Shown one piece after another: positions 38,538 through 51,172 of a stretch of DNA of 64,000 nucleotides. This stretch comes from the human T2T-CHM13v2.0 reference genome, Homo sapiens. Below the pieces are notes generated by a model that saw only the letters and a program-made list of their open reading frames with translations, was not told the origin of the DNA and did no database searches. The position numbers were made by a program, and so were the translations under genes. Where the stretch lies: assembly GCF_009914755.1 (NCBI RefSeq), contig NC_060925.1, one strand, 5' to 3'. Every line of letters starts with the position of its first letter. Positions within the stretch are counted from its first letter, which is position 1.

Positions 38538-40179
38538 TGACTGATAGAAACTACTGGGAAAGGAGGAAGATGGGGCAAATGATGAATTACTTTTTTCCCA
38601 TAAATCAGAATCTATTTAAATGATAACTCTAAACCACTCCTGTGTGTTTGTCCAGCAAGCCCTCAAAAAATCGTGCAGGCTATTTGCTCACCAGTACATT
38701 TGGACATTTTGCATCCTCACATATGAAGACACCCTGGATTTGCTCATTATTTTTTCATCGCTCTTTAAACAGGGGGTTAGAAAATAGAGACGGTGGAAAG
38801 GGGACAAGATGGTTTGGGGAACGTGGTGTGTGCACACTCATGCCCATGGGAGGGGGTTACAAAATCTGAAGAGGAGACTGCAGTCAGGAAGCCTGGATTC
38901 TAATCCATTTAGCCAGTAACTTGATGTATAAACTTGGGCAAGTCAGTTTATCTGGCATGCCCTGTTTCCTCATTTTCCAAATGGAAATATTAATACTCTA
39001 TATACCTTACAAGGTGGCATTAAAAGTGTAAAGAAATGACATATAAGAGCATTTTGAAAGGATAAAGTTCTGTGTCAGTCTAAAATCGTGGAATTAATTG
39101 GTATGGTGAATGGAAAGAAGTTGAGAGGAATATCATTGGATTAGGAGGAAAGGTGGAACTGGAAAAGAGAGGGAGCCCCTCCTTCATTTGACAGACACCA
39201 GAAAAAGTCAAAAGAGCCTCCACTATTCAAACCACAAATCTAGCCAACACTTTTATCTTGAGACATCTCTGGAAAAATGATTTTTCCTTTTCCCTGCTCC
39301 TCAGTGCCAGGGATTTTTATTCATTTTGTGGTTACTGCATGCTTGCCATATGCCAGGCAATGTGTTTATTAGCTTATTATGATTTCAAAATTAGCCCTGG
39401 AAGACAACACATATCTTCAAAGGACTCTCAGAGGTCATCTCATATCTTCCCCTAGCTTTCCTTGTTGATAAAAATGGCAGTTCATCCCTCACCACTTAAT
39501 ACGTGGAGGGACGCGGGCCTAAAGAAATTCAGTGACTTGACCAAAGCCCAGAGTGGTGATGAAACCAGTACCCAAGCGCGGGGTTTCTCACTCCCCTTTT
39601 CCATCACACGTATATATATTAAAAAGACATGAAGTTACTAAGATGTGTCCTGGAGGCTCTGAGGCAGATCTGCTGTAGGAGGGATCAGCAGAGGCTTCTC
39701 TAGTCAGGGCATTCTCTGGGCGTTCAGCCCTTCCCTCCACTGGGCTCCAGCGCTGTAGAGAGGGTGGGGTTTTTACCTATCAGTATAGCGGGAAAAGATA
39801 CCCAGGTGGCAGGAAGTTTAAGCCTCACCTGGAACTTATATTGAAAGCCACTTGGTAGAAAGGATAATGGTTTGGAGACAGAGTTCTATTCCTGCCAGCA
39901 TTGACACTGTGTCTGAAAAGCCAGCATCGACACTGTGTCTGCAAATCCCTCAGCTATTCTGAGTCTCCGTTTTCTCCCTGTGAGATGGAGATCATAAAAT
40001 CCGCCTCATCCTTAGGATTATTCTCCTGAAGCTACAATAAGGCCTGAGGCATTGTACGCTGGAAGAAACGTGTATTAATAGCAACTTCTGTCCCACCCCA
40101 TCCCCCAACACGTCGATCCCCTCCGGAGCATAAAACTTTCCCCCAGCATCTGACCTGCCCAGGCCACCCTAGCACCTAG

Positions 40180-41720
40180 GAGCGTGAATTCCTGATGCGG
40201 GTTGTGGGTGGCGCGCCCTCCCGGTTCCCGCTCTCGTTTTTGTTTTTGGTCGGGTAAGGCGATGCTGTAGAGGCTGGCGATCTCCAGTCTTCACGAATCC
40301 GCACGTCTCTCCATTATCCACCGCGCCCGCCCACTGGGCCCCGGGGCGGCCGGCGGCCGGGTCTCTCGGGCTCCGCGTGTCGCCCGAGCCGCCGCCGGAG
40401 CGAGGGTCCCTGCCCCCTGGGGAGCGGTCTCCAGCCGCTTCGAAGCCGCCTTCTTCCCCCTCCGTGAGTCAGAAACAAAGGCGGGGGGGCGGGGGGAGCG
40501 CCCGAGCTGCGGCTCCGCGATTCGCCCTTTATTCTGAACTCGCAACGTCAGCGGCCCGCGGATGGAGCTGCGGGGTGCGGACTGGGCCGCCCACAGCGCA
40601 CCGGGCCGGGGGAGCGGCCGCGCTGGGCCGGGCGGGCGGGTGGCGGGGGTGCGCTCGGGGACCCGGGCCGCGTGGGCGCCGGGATGGAGGGCGCCAAGGG
40701 GCGGGGAGCGGGCGTGCGTGTGTGTGCGAGTGCGAATGCGAGGGAGGCCGGCCTTGAGTGAAACCGGAGCTACAAAGAAGGGGAGAGTCCGGGAGCGGGA
40801 GGGCGCGAGGGAGGAGCGGCGGCGCCGGGGCAGCTCCGACGCCCTCCCGCGGGGAGGGAGCCCCCGCGGTGCCGCCGAGGCCCCGACGCGGGGCCGCCCC
40901 TCGGCTCGCCGCCCCGCGCCCGCGCCCGCTGGGAATGATGAAGAAGAACAATTCCGCCAAGCGGGTGAGTGCGCTTGCCCGCCCTGCGGCCGCCGCCGCC
41001 TCCGCGCTCTGACGACCCCCGCTCCGTCGGCGCCGCGGCGGCCTGGGAGACCCACGGCCCGGCCGCGCCCCCGCCCCGGCGGCCCGGTCCCCTCGGCCTC
41101 GGCCCCGCCAGGCGCCCGCGGGGGCTTTTGTTTGTTTACTCGCCTCGGGGGGCTTCAACTTGGCTGAGTTTCCCCACGACCCGCACCTCCCCCGCCCCCG
41201 GGCGCCGGGCGAGCGTTTGCCTCGCGCTCCGCCGTGGCGAGGAGACAATGGGAGAGAAAACCAGAGAAACGCCGTTAGTCCCCGCGCGGCGAGGACGGGG
41301 CGGCGGGGGCGCAGGGCCTGGAGGGAACCTGGGAGCCTCTCCGCGCCCGGCCGGCGCCCCTGCCACTTGCAGCCCCGGTTGTTTATTCGGGAGCGGGGGA
41401 GGGGAGCGGGGGGAGTTCCTCGGAGTGAAAACCTTTCCGAAGTGGGAGCGAACCTGGGGCGGCCCCCCGCCCCCCGGCCGCAGCCTTCGGAGGAGACTGG
41501 GCCGCCGAGGCGGTCGTGAGAGACGGACGGAGAGGAAGCGCCGGCTGGAATCTCCTAACCGCCCGCTTCTCATCTTGTCCTGGGGCAGGGACCTCAGGAT
41601 GGAAACCAGCAGCCTGCACCGCCCGAGAAGGTCGGCTGGGTCCGGAAATTCTGCGGGAAAGGGATTTTCAGGGAGATTTGGAAAAACCGCTATGTGGTGC
41701 TGAAAGGGGACCAGCTCTAC
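40180..41720. promoter_or_regulatory. CpG island / PLEKHO1 promoter, exon 1, intron 1, exon 2
   Basis: Very high GC and CpG density, many GC boxes (GGGCGG), no repeats, contains the start codon. Confidence 0.93.
40935..40964 (+). CDS. PLEKHO1: PLEKHO1 (CKIP-1) coding exon 1
   Basis: ATGATG... MMKKNNSAKR then CGG|gtgagt donor. Confidence 0.96.
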
Positions 41721-41735
41721 ATCTCTGAGAAGGAG
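41589..41735 (+). CDS. PLEKHO1: PLEKHO1 coding exon 2 (start of PH domain)
   Basis: cag| ... GAG|gtgggt; 147 nt; [49 protein letters not shown] (PH beta1-beta2 motif K.GW..K...W..RY..L). Confidence 0.97.
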
Positions 41736-43009
41736 GTGGGTGCCTCTTGCCTCTAACTCTCCGTTTTCTCATAGCCCCCACTTTGTCACTCCCCAAGGGC
41801 TCGCCTAGCTTACTCCACCCCCGTTTTGTTCCAAAGGCAAGTTCAGTGGTCTCCTCTCTACCCCCATCTCATCTGCAGAGAAAGGCCACCCTTTAATGAG
41901 AAGACCAGAGTGAGAATTAGAAGTTGAGTTGGCCGCTTACTCAGTGTTTTTTTGTTTGCAAATACCTTTCTAACAACGATAAGCCCCTCCCAAGATGCCC
42001 CAGAAGTTCTAAGTGTCCCTTGCTGCCTCCCACCCTAACCTGGCCTCCTGCATATAGGATTTCTTTTCTATTTCTGCTGAAACAGTTTAGCCTATTCGCC
42101 ACCCCTTCCTGTCCCCCCACCTTAACCCAGCCAGCCTCCCCTTTCCTGTCTGTGGCAGGAGCGTGCACAGGTCCTGTCCGTGGCGCATCCGCCCTGAATC
42201 ACAGAAAACACGCACCCCGCCGTCAGGCCCCTGTGACCTCGGGTGTGTTAGTGGCAGTTATTTTCGTTGAAGCCAGTGTCCCTAACCAGTATGCTCTCTG
42301 TTCCCCACCCCCACCCCATTTAAAAAAGGCAAGGAACCCATTTTCTACCCACTTCCTGCCCACCCCTCCATTTGTATCAGAAGGGAGAGAAATGGAGTTA
42401 AGAACCCCTGTATGTCTTTGGATAGCTTTGGCTGTGTAGTTAACCATGAAAACCACAGTCTACACTGTGTCAAGACCTGAGCTATGATAATTGAATCCAG
42501 ACCCATCTCCCTTTTTTCCCTAAGTCTTGGGATCAATAACGTGTACTAATGTGGAGAAATCAGAATTGCCCCTACAGTGGTTAGAAGTCATTCCATTCCC
42601 TGCCTCTGTGACTGTCCAAAGGCAGTCAGTATAGCCTGGAAGACTGTCCTGTGTACCGGTTAGAGTGGCCCTTCCTCCCGCCCTCACGGGAGGTATTCTG
42701 TGTTCCCTCACCCAGGGCTAACTGGGAAGTCCTCCCTGAGTTCTAACCTCTTCTGCTTTCTGCAGTAGACATCCTTATTCAGTAGATTATATTTAGGTAA
42801 ATAAAACCTTTTATGGTATTGAAACATACACACACACACCCTGAGACAAAGTACTCATCTAAAAGAACATCTACTGAGGCATCTAGGGAAGAACTAAGCT
42901 GTGCCACAGCCAAAGAGATCCCTCTTAAGGGTATTGAAACCTAGCTGTTTACACAAAACTAGCAAGTTGGTGATGGAAAGTCTTAGGAGTGAGGTGAGGG
43001 CACTTTTCT

Positions 43010-43279
43010 TGGTCTGTCATCCAGGCAGGAATGCAGTGGCTCAATCACAGCTCACTTCAGCTTCCACCTCCCAGGCTCAAGTGATCCTCCCACCTCATCC
43101 TCGGAGTAGCTGGGACTACAGGTGGGTGCCACCATGTCTGGCTAGTTTTTGTATTTTTTGTAGAGACAGTGTTTCGCGTTGTTGACCAGGCTGCTCTCAA
43201 AACTCCTGGCCTCAAGTGAACCACCCGCCTCAGCCTCCCAAAGTGCTGGGATTACAGGTGTGAGCCACCGTGCCTGGCC
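43010..43279 (-). mobile_element. AluJ-like in PLEKHO1 intron 2
   Basis: Antisense dimer, tail eroded. Confidence 0.85.
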
Positions 43280-43359
43280 AGGAGGATTTATTTTTAAGAG
43301 TTACCTCTGCCCAATCACAAATCCTCCAGAAAGTTTTCTCCACAATTTTCTGGCTTTCT

Positions 43360-43394
<35 letters not shown>

Positions 43395-43867
43395 AAGTGT
43401 CAAAGTGTATCTCCTGTCTTCCCCGAACTTCTTAATTGCAGGAAACTCTAGTTACGAATCAGGGAGAACTTCCTACACATCAAAGAGAAAAACATAATAG
43501 TGAAAGGGTAAGAGGAATAAGACATCCATTGCTTGTTTGTATTTGCCCAAAGAGCAGAGTCTGGGGGCAAAAGCGTAGTTGATCCTTGCTTTTAGGTACA
43601 GAGACAGAGGAAAGGATGGAATGACCTCAGCCTAGGATATCTGGTGTCCTATGAGTCAGGACCATCTGACTGGTCATGGAGCCAGCTGTCTCCTGCTGGG
43701 AAGGGCACAGGAAAGAGGGACTAGGCATATTGATACTATGCTTTTTTAGAGCCAGTTTCAATGCTACAGTGGGCCTGGTTAAAAAGTGAAATTGACAGAG
43801 TACTCTGGGCTTTATTTTGCCCACTTGTGAAAAGCTCCAGGGCCAATAGAATCAAGACACGGTGTTC

Positions 43868-44169
43868 TGTTTTGTTTTGTTTTTTAGAGACAGGGTCTCA
43901 CTCTGTCGCCCACGCTGGAGTGCAGTGTCACAATCGTAGCTCACTGCTGCCTTGACCTCCCGGGCTTAAGCAATCCTCCCACCTCAGCCTCCGGAGTAGC
44001 TGGGACTACAGGCATGCACCACCACACCCAGCTAATTTTTTTTATTTTTTGTAGACATGGGGTCTCACTATGTTTCCCAGGCTGGTCTCAAATTCCTGGC
44101 TTCAAGTGATCCTCCTGCCTCAACCTCCTGAAATTCTGGGATTATAGGCGTGAGCCACAGTCCCTGACC
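43868..44169 (-). mobile_element. AluJ-like in PLEKHO1 intron 2
   Basis: Antisense dimer. Confidence 0.9.
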
Positions 44170-46747
44170 AAGATTTTTTTTTTTTAAGGCAGAGTATAAT
44201 CTATATCATTTACTGTTAATGCAAGAAAATTTCTAACCCTATCTCCCAGAATTTTCACCAGTCTCTTTTGTTATTTCCTCTCTTAAAGGCAGGGTCTCCC
44301 ACAACCACCTCTGCCGTAGAATTTCTTCTGTGTTCGATAGTAATCATTTTCTTCCTTCTCAAAGGGCATCCTCTCTCAAAGAGGGCTGGAGCACCTTATG
44401 ATCACAGGCTGATGTGTAAGAACAGAAGCTAGACCTTAGGAAGACCTCATGGTGGAGGAAATTGGATTCGGGGCAACTCTTTGGACAGGCGTGGGAAAAA
44501 TCCCTTTCTATAGTCAAGGACGAAGAATCAGGGGAAAGGAAGGGTTAATTTGGAAGATGGGTAGTTATAAATGAGACTCTGGGAATTAGATATGTGGGGA
44601 AAAAAAAAACAATATGGTGGAGAACAAGGCTGCTTGGCTTTGTCCATCTTCCCAGGCACTGGAATATACTTGTCCTACTGCTTGCCTCACCCCATCTCCC
44701 ACCCTCTCCACCAAGGGCTAACCTCTATCAGTGTCTCCTGCTCCCCAGAGCTCCTAATCAGTCTGTATGCAAGGTAGAATAACTCCCTTTCCTTCCCTTC
44801 CCCTAAGGAAAACATAGTAAGTTAACTCTCTTCCCCTGGCTACATTCACACACCCAACACTTTCCTCTCCACGGTTTCTGGGCTCTGCTGATAGTCTCAG
44901 CTCTGGAGAAGGAGGGGGAGAGGAGGGATGATGCATCATCTTGTATCCCTGTCCCGTGTTTCTGGGAATTGCTCTTGGACACCCCTTGCCAGCACCTTGT
45001 CCTACTTCCACCCGTAATCATTCAAGGCCTCTGGCCACTTTCCAGCCCAAAGCCAGGGAACCCTGGAAAGTGGGAGGCCCTGGAGGAGCCAAGCCTTGCT
45101 GAAACAAATGGAGGTAGATGTATGAGGCGTCACTCACCTGAATGGGGCCATGTTGACATCTGTCCTCATCTGTCATCAGCCTCCAGGTCCAGCAGCAGTT
45201 CAGAAGGATGGGCAGATACAAGACTGTAGATGGTCTGGGTAATGGAAGGGAGAACCACTTCCCCACTTCCAGGTTTCCAGGAACCAGGAGGATAGATGAG
45301 TTCACCTCCATGCACACGAGTCCTATTTCAGAACTTGGGAAGTTGGGGACTGTTTTGGAAAATAATTTCAGTCAGGGTGGGTAGATGTCATCCAAGGAAG
45401 ACGTGAGGCTACTTTTATCTGTTTGTTTAGTTTTAATGAGACAAGTGCTGGTGCTTTTAATTCTCATTCCAGGAAAACGTGACCAGGTTTTTCCTGAGGT
45501 GTTCCAACCCTGGGCTCAAGCCACGGAGGGTGGACAGACTGCACGGTCTGGACTTGTAACTAAGTCTCCTCTCTGTAACTTTGGTCCTTGCAAGCCAAAA
45601 CAAATCCATAAGCCACTGCTTCAGAGTCCCAGAGTTGTAGGAACACCACCTTAGGGGAAAAGAGAAAACATTGTGGTCAGTTTCAGATGAACCTGCGAAG
45701 AAATGTTCCTAGAGCTGCTTTGCAGTGCTCAGAAAAGGCTAGTTGGGGTTGGAGAATGTCACTAGGAATGCGGCCTCGATGAGACGTTCAGCAGGAGTGC
45801 TAAGAGCTAAATGTTGCTTAAAACCTGCTAAAGGTGGAACCAGAGTGCGGGACGGAGACTATAGCAGGGAGGGCTAAGTTTAGATAGGAGGAAGAGCTTC
45901 CTGGCAGTAAAGGGGGCCCAGGCACTCAAACTGGAATAATGGCAAGAAGTCACAGAAGTCACTTTTTTCCAAGTCTAAAGTGTAGTCTCCCAGGGAGAGT
46001 CTAAGTGCATTCTTGCCTAGAGATAGGGGGTCTGGAGGAGTTAGTTTGGATTGTCACAGTACCTTAGAGGGAGGAGGAAAGGGTAGGAACTGTAATTGTA
46101 GTTTTCAGCTTCTCTGGACAAATTCAGCAAACTGAACACGGGGCTGCCGTCCTGTGGTGGCGATGCTCCTGAAATGAACAAGGAAGATGAGTCTCTATAA
46201 TTGTACATACCAGAGAAGGAAACGAGGTGGGGTGGGAGAGCTATACTGCACACATGTGAGTGGGGAGGCCAGAGACCGCCCCTCGTTCCCTCCAGACACC
46301 CCGATAACTGGCCCTGCCTTGATCTTCTTTCTGTGGACCATCAAGGGCCATACAGGTCTGTCTTACTGAGGGCAATGGATCAACCATCTACCATGTCCCT
46401 TTAAGGACGTGAGCCTTTTTAGAACATGTAAGCTGTGTCCTTAAGGAAAAGAGTGGGGCGGTTGGTGAAGAGAGGCATAGTGGGACTCTGGAAATGGCAG
46501 CCTGGCTAAGGAGAGTGAAGAGAAGGGGTTTAAACAGAAACACACCTTAACATTCAAGACTTGGAGCTGCCCTAGCGTCCTCCTCGATGTGAGGACCTTG
46601 TAGGCTTTGGGCAGACGGCCCTCTCCTCTCCTGGCGTGCCTCCCTCTCCTCAGGCTTCCTCTGTTTCCCAAGATGATCTAAACTAACAGTCTGGGTGGAG
46701 GGGCTAAATAATTTTATCCTCCTCACCTCACCCCAACCCTCCCCTAG

Positions 46748-46888
46748 GTAAAAGATGAGAAAAATATTCAAGAGGTATTTGACCTGAGTGACTATGAGAA
46801 GTGTGAAGAGCTCCGGAAGTCCAAGAGCAGGAGCAAGAAAAATCATAGCAAGTTTACTCTTGCCCACTCCAAACAGCCCGGTAACACG
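46748..46888 (+). CDS. PLEKHO1: PLEKHO1 coding exon 3
   Basis: ccctag| ... ACG|gtatgt; 141 nt; [47 protein letters not shown]. Confidence 0.97.
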
Positions 46889-47592
46889 GTATGTTTCTCC
46901 TGCCACCTTGGCCGCTGGAACATGGACAGGGTTGGAGGGGGCAGGGGAGAACTCCTTCCCCTCAGTTTCTCTCTCAGCAATCTTGGTTCAGATTCCCTGA
47001 ATTGCTCTCCTGCTGGCTTTTATCATTTCACCTGAGAATATTGTAGCCATTTCCTTCTTTCCAGGCAGGCCACCCTTTAACCTGTTCAGCCACAAAGATC
47101 ATCTCTCTATATATCTCTTTATTTTTCTCTGTCTTATACACACACATCCACACATGTGCATATTTACATCCCTTAGAAGAAAATCCCTGTCCTTGTACCC
47201 TGATAGGTGGTTGAAGTTCTGAATCTAATTCATCTTGTCTGAGGGAACCCAGGGAAGTTATTCCTGTCACATTCTATTTCTTCAAACATTGAAAGATTTG
47301 TATTTTAATACCTATCCTTCATCAGACTTCCTCTAATTATCTCTAATACCATACTAATATTCAGTATCCTTCTTAGCTCCTCCTTGGTCATTTCTAAAAC
47401 AACCTCCTAGCTATGCATTTTGCAGGAATAGAAGCTGGGTTTCCTTAAGTTATGGATGACTCTGGAAGCAGAATATCTCTCCTTCCTGGAGCTAGGTCTA
47501 AGAAAGTGAGATTATAATCTCTTATTTCTTCATTGTCAAGGTGAGGCACCACCTCTAAAACCCTGGCTGAAACAGGAATCTTCCCCTCACAG

Positions 47593-47697
47593 GCACCCAA
47601 CCTGATCTTCCTGGCAGTGAGTCCAGAAGAGAAGGAATCGTGGATCAATGCCCTCAACTCTGCCATCACCCGAGCCAAGAACCGTATCTTGGATGAG
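47593..47697 (+). CDS. PLEKHO1: PLEKHO1 coding exon 4 (PH C-terminal helix)
   Basis: cacag| ... GAG|gtcagg; 105 nt; [35 protein letters not shown] with the invariant PH tryptophan. Confidence 0.97.
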
Positions 47698-48066
47698 GTC
47701 AGGGGGCTCACTGTGGGGAGAGGGAGGAACGCTGGGGCAGAGGGAACAGCTGTGACCCACTGAAGGGGGAGGATTGTGCAGGCCCCGTTTACTCGCTCCT
47801 CCACCAGCTCTACTTCTTTACCGCCCTTTTAAAAGCCCTGATCTCTTTCTACCTTCTCTCCAAGTCTCATCTGACACCTCCTCTTCCCCGCTTCATGATG
47901 GGGGAGCCAGCCTTGGGTCAGCTTAAAGAGCCCCCTTCGTGTCCAGTAAATCCCCTTGCCCATTCAGAAGCAGTGAATGGAGTGGGCACATGTTCAGGCC
48001 TCGGGATGCTGGGTTGGGACAGCGAGTCGCTGAAGAGCACTCATGATTCACAGTACATCTCTTCAG

Positions 48067-48168
48067 GTCACCGTTGAGGAGGACAGCTATCTTGCCCATC
48101 CCACTCGAGACAGGGCAAAAATCCAGCACTCCCGCCGCCCCCCAACAAGGGGACACCTAATGGCTGTG
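48067..48168 (+). CDS. PLEKHO1: PLEKHO1 coding exon 5
   Basis: cttcag| ... GTG|gtatgt; 102 nt; [31 protein letters not shown] (capping-protein-interaction-like LxHxTxxRAK motif). Confidence 0.97.
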
Positions 48169-48579
48169 GTATGTAAGACTGTAATAAACATTGCCAAAGG
48201 GCCAATTCTGTGTCAGTCCATCTCAGACAGAACTGTATGCCACCAGAGGCATTTGCGGGAGGCCTCCTTGATGCCAAGATCAAAGGCGAGGGAAGTCCTT
48301 CCACCCAATGCCTCTGCCAGATCTAAATCAAAAGGTTTTATTCAGCGCCCATTAGGAGTTCAAAAGTCCCAGCTCCCAGTAATGTTACCCTCTTTCGGAG
48401 AAAATGAGTTATACCCACAGGAAAATGAAAAATTAGCTACTGTATGGTGGCTGTCTTGATGGGTAACAACATGTAGTACCGCGGGCGTTTGGAGGAGAAA
48501 GGATCACAATGAACTCCTGAAACATACAACGTGCTAGTTTCTTTCATGCCTCTGAGCTCTTAAGTCTTTAGAGAGAGAG

Positions 48580-48760
48580 GCAGGCAGGTATAATGCAGAG
48601 AACACAGGCTTTGGAGTTAGAACCTGAGTTGGAACCTCACTGTAATCAGCTACCTGTGTGGTTCCCTGAAGTTGCATGTCTCCAACTGTAAAATGAGGCA
48701 GTAATCATGCCTGCCTTGAAGGGCTGCTGTGAGGAATGACTAAAACAACATATTTGGTAT
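48580..48760 (+). mobile_element. MIR in PLEKHO1 intron 5
   Basis: caggctttggagt.aga and ctgtaaaatgagg..gtaatc..gcctgcct core. Confidence 0.65.
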
Positions 48761-49086
48761 TGAATACTCATCATTTTTAGTATTCTGGAAATAAGAGAAC
48801 AAATTTTATTATAAGGCAAGGGGGCTGAAGTGTGGGACTCAGAGGATGCAGATGGAGGAGGACAGTCGTGCCATGGGGAGCATCCTGTGTGCATCAGATG
48901 CAGTTTAATTGCTGAGAGTCCACAATACCAAGGAAGAGGGCGCCCCTCAGGAAGCTTATGGTAGAGTGGAGAATACAGGAAACAAGTAACAAACTAAATC
49001 ACAGAAGAAGAAACATTCAAGTCACTATCAAAGGAATAAGAAACAGCACATTCAGTAGGAGGGTTCAGTCAAGAGCAGAGGGCTTT

Positions 49087-49434
<348 letters not shown>

Positions 49435-49502
49435 TTAGGCAGTCATTCCGAAAATCCCTCCTGATGACAGCTTTCCCCACTCATTCCCCCCTTCCTCCAC
49501 AG

Positions 49503-50207
49503 GCTTCCACCTCTACCTCGGATGGGATGCTGACCTTGGACTTGATCCAAGAGGAAGACCCTTCCCCTGAGGAACCAACCTCTTGTGCTGAGAGCTTTCG
49601 GGTTGACCTGGACAAGTCTGTGGCCCAGCTGGCAGGGAGCCGGCGGAGAGCGGACTCAGACCGCATCCAGCCCTCCGCAGACCGGGCAAGCAGTCTCTCC
49701 CGACCTTGGGAAAAAACAGACAAAGGGGCCACCTACACCCCCCAGGCACCCAAGAAGTTGACGCCCACAGAGAAAGGCCGCTGCGCCTCCCTGGAGGAGA
49801 TCCTATCTCAGCGGGATGCTGCCTCTGCCCGCACCCTCCAGCTGCGGGCTGAGGAACCCCCAACCCCTGCCCTCCCCAACCCGGGGCAGCTGTCCCGGAT
49901 CCAGGACCTGGTAGCAAGGAAACTGGAGGAGACTCAGGAGCTTCTGGCAGAGGTTCAGGGACTGGGAGATGGGAAGCGAAAGGCCAAGGACCCCCCTCGG
50001 TCTCCGCCGGATTCTGAGTCAGAGCAGCTGCTGCTGGAGACGGAACGGCTGCTGGGAGAGGCATCATCGAATTGGAGCCAGGCAAAGAGGGTGCTGCAGG
50101 AGGTCAGGGAGCTGAGAGACCTGTACAGACAGATGGACCTGCAGACCCCGGACTCCCACCTCAGACAGACCACCCCGCACAGTCAGTACCGGAAGAGCCT
50201 GATGTGA
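49503..50207 (+). CDS. PLEKHO1: PLEKHO1 coding exon 6 (C-terminus, leucine-zipper region)
   Basis: ccacag| acceptor; 234 aa ending ...SQYRKSLM*; exon sum 10+49+47+35+34+234 = 409 aa. Confidence 0.97.
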   Translation, partial: ASTSTSDGMLTLDLIQEEDPSPEEPTSCAESFRVDLDKSVAQLAGSRRRADSDRIQPSADRASSLSRPWEKTDKGATYTPQAPKKLTPTEKGRCASLEEILSQRDAASARTLQLRAEEPPTPALPNPGQLSRIQDLVARKLEETQELLAEVQGLGDGKRKAKDPPRSPPDSESEQLLLETERLLGEASSNWSQAKRVLQEVRELRDLYRQMDLQTPDSHLRQTTPHSQYRKSLM

Positions 50208-50282
50208 GGGCAGGGTGGGGTCTGGAACTTGTCGGGTTGGACAGACTCTTATCTCCGTGTTGCTGGATAAAGCTTTTTTATT

Positions 50283-50289
50283 TACCTCA
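50283..50289 (+). promoter_or_regulatory. let-7/miR-98 7mer-A1 seed match (TACCTCA) in PLEKHO1 3' UTR
   Basis: Complement of let-7 nt 2-7 plus A, in AU-rich context 76 nt after the stop. Confidence 0.6.
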
Positions 50290-50728
50290 ATCAAAAAAAG
50301 AAAACAAAAATGAACTCATTGCTCTTGCTGATGCCTGACCCCACTACAACCCTTATTGCCCCACCTACTTTCCATATGCCCCTCGTATGCCCCTCAGGTT
50401 TGAGGAAGTGACCCCGCAGCAGTAGCAGGAAGTTTTTACCCAGCCAGAGAGAGAGAAGGCACGGTAAAGACACAGTCTGACCACTCCACACACCGCCCGC
50501 CCCCAAGACGGCACAGGGAGTCCACTGCTGCTCCCAAGGATACAGTGGGCTTCTAAGCTTAGAGCGGGAGGGGGATGAGGATGTTTTCTGTTATGTCCCA
50601 CCCCAGGCCTTCAGTTTGAGGGTGAAGTTTCAGCTGCCCAACTCTAGTTGTAGGGATGTGGAGGCCAGTGTCACCTGTCCGTGCACATGGAAGTGAAATT
50701 TATCCCAGCCCTGAGGAGGATTTGTGGA

Positions 50729-50734
50729 ATTAAA
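50729..50734 (+). terminator. Probable PLEKHO1 poly(A) signal ATTAAA
   Basis: First common PAS hexamer seen after the stop codon. Confidence 0.65.
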
Positions 50735-50779
50735 ATCTCCCCAGCCAGACACTGGCTTCTCATTCCTAGCAGTCTCTCA

Positions 50780-51172
<393 letters not shown>

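Larger units (their letters stand above)
50208..50755 (+). other. PLEKHO1: PLEKHO1 3' UTR
   Basis: Unique sequence from the stop to just past ATTAAA; end approximate. Confidence 0.7.

Noticed and set aside
40291-41703. Long antisense and alternative ORFs (145-254 aa) over the CpG island
   Set aside because: Arg/Gly/Pro/Ala low-complexity products of stop-codon scarcity in GC-rich DNA; only the ATG-initiated uORF frames were kept as a finding
46147-46166. CTCF-like cctgtggtggcga
   Set aside because: Spacing does not fit the CTCF core
49513-50085. 190-aa antisense ORF
   Set aside because: Shadow of GC-rich PLEKHO1 exon 6; no recognisable domain or promoter
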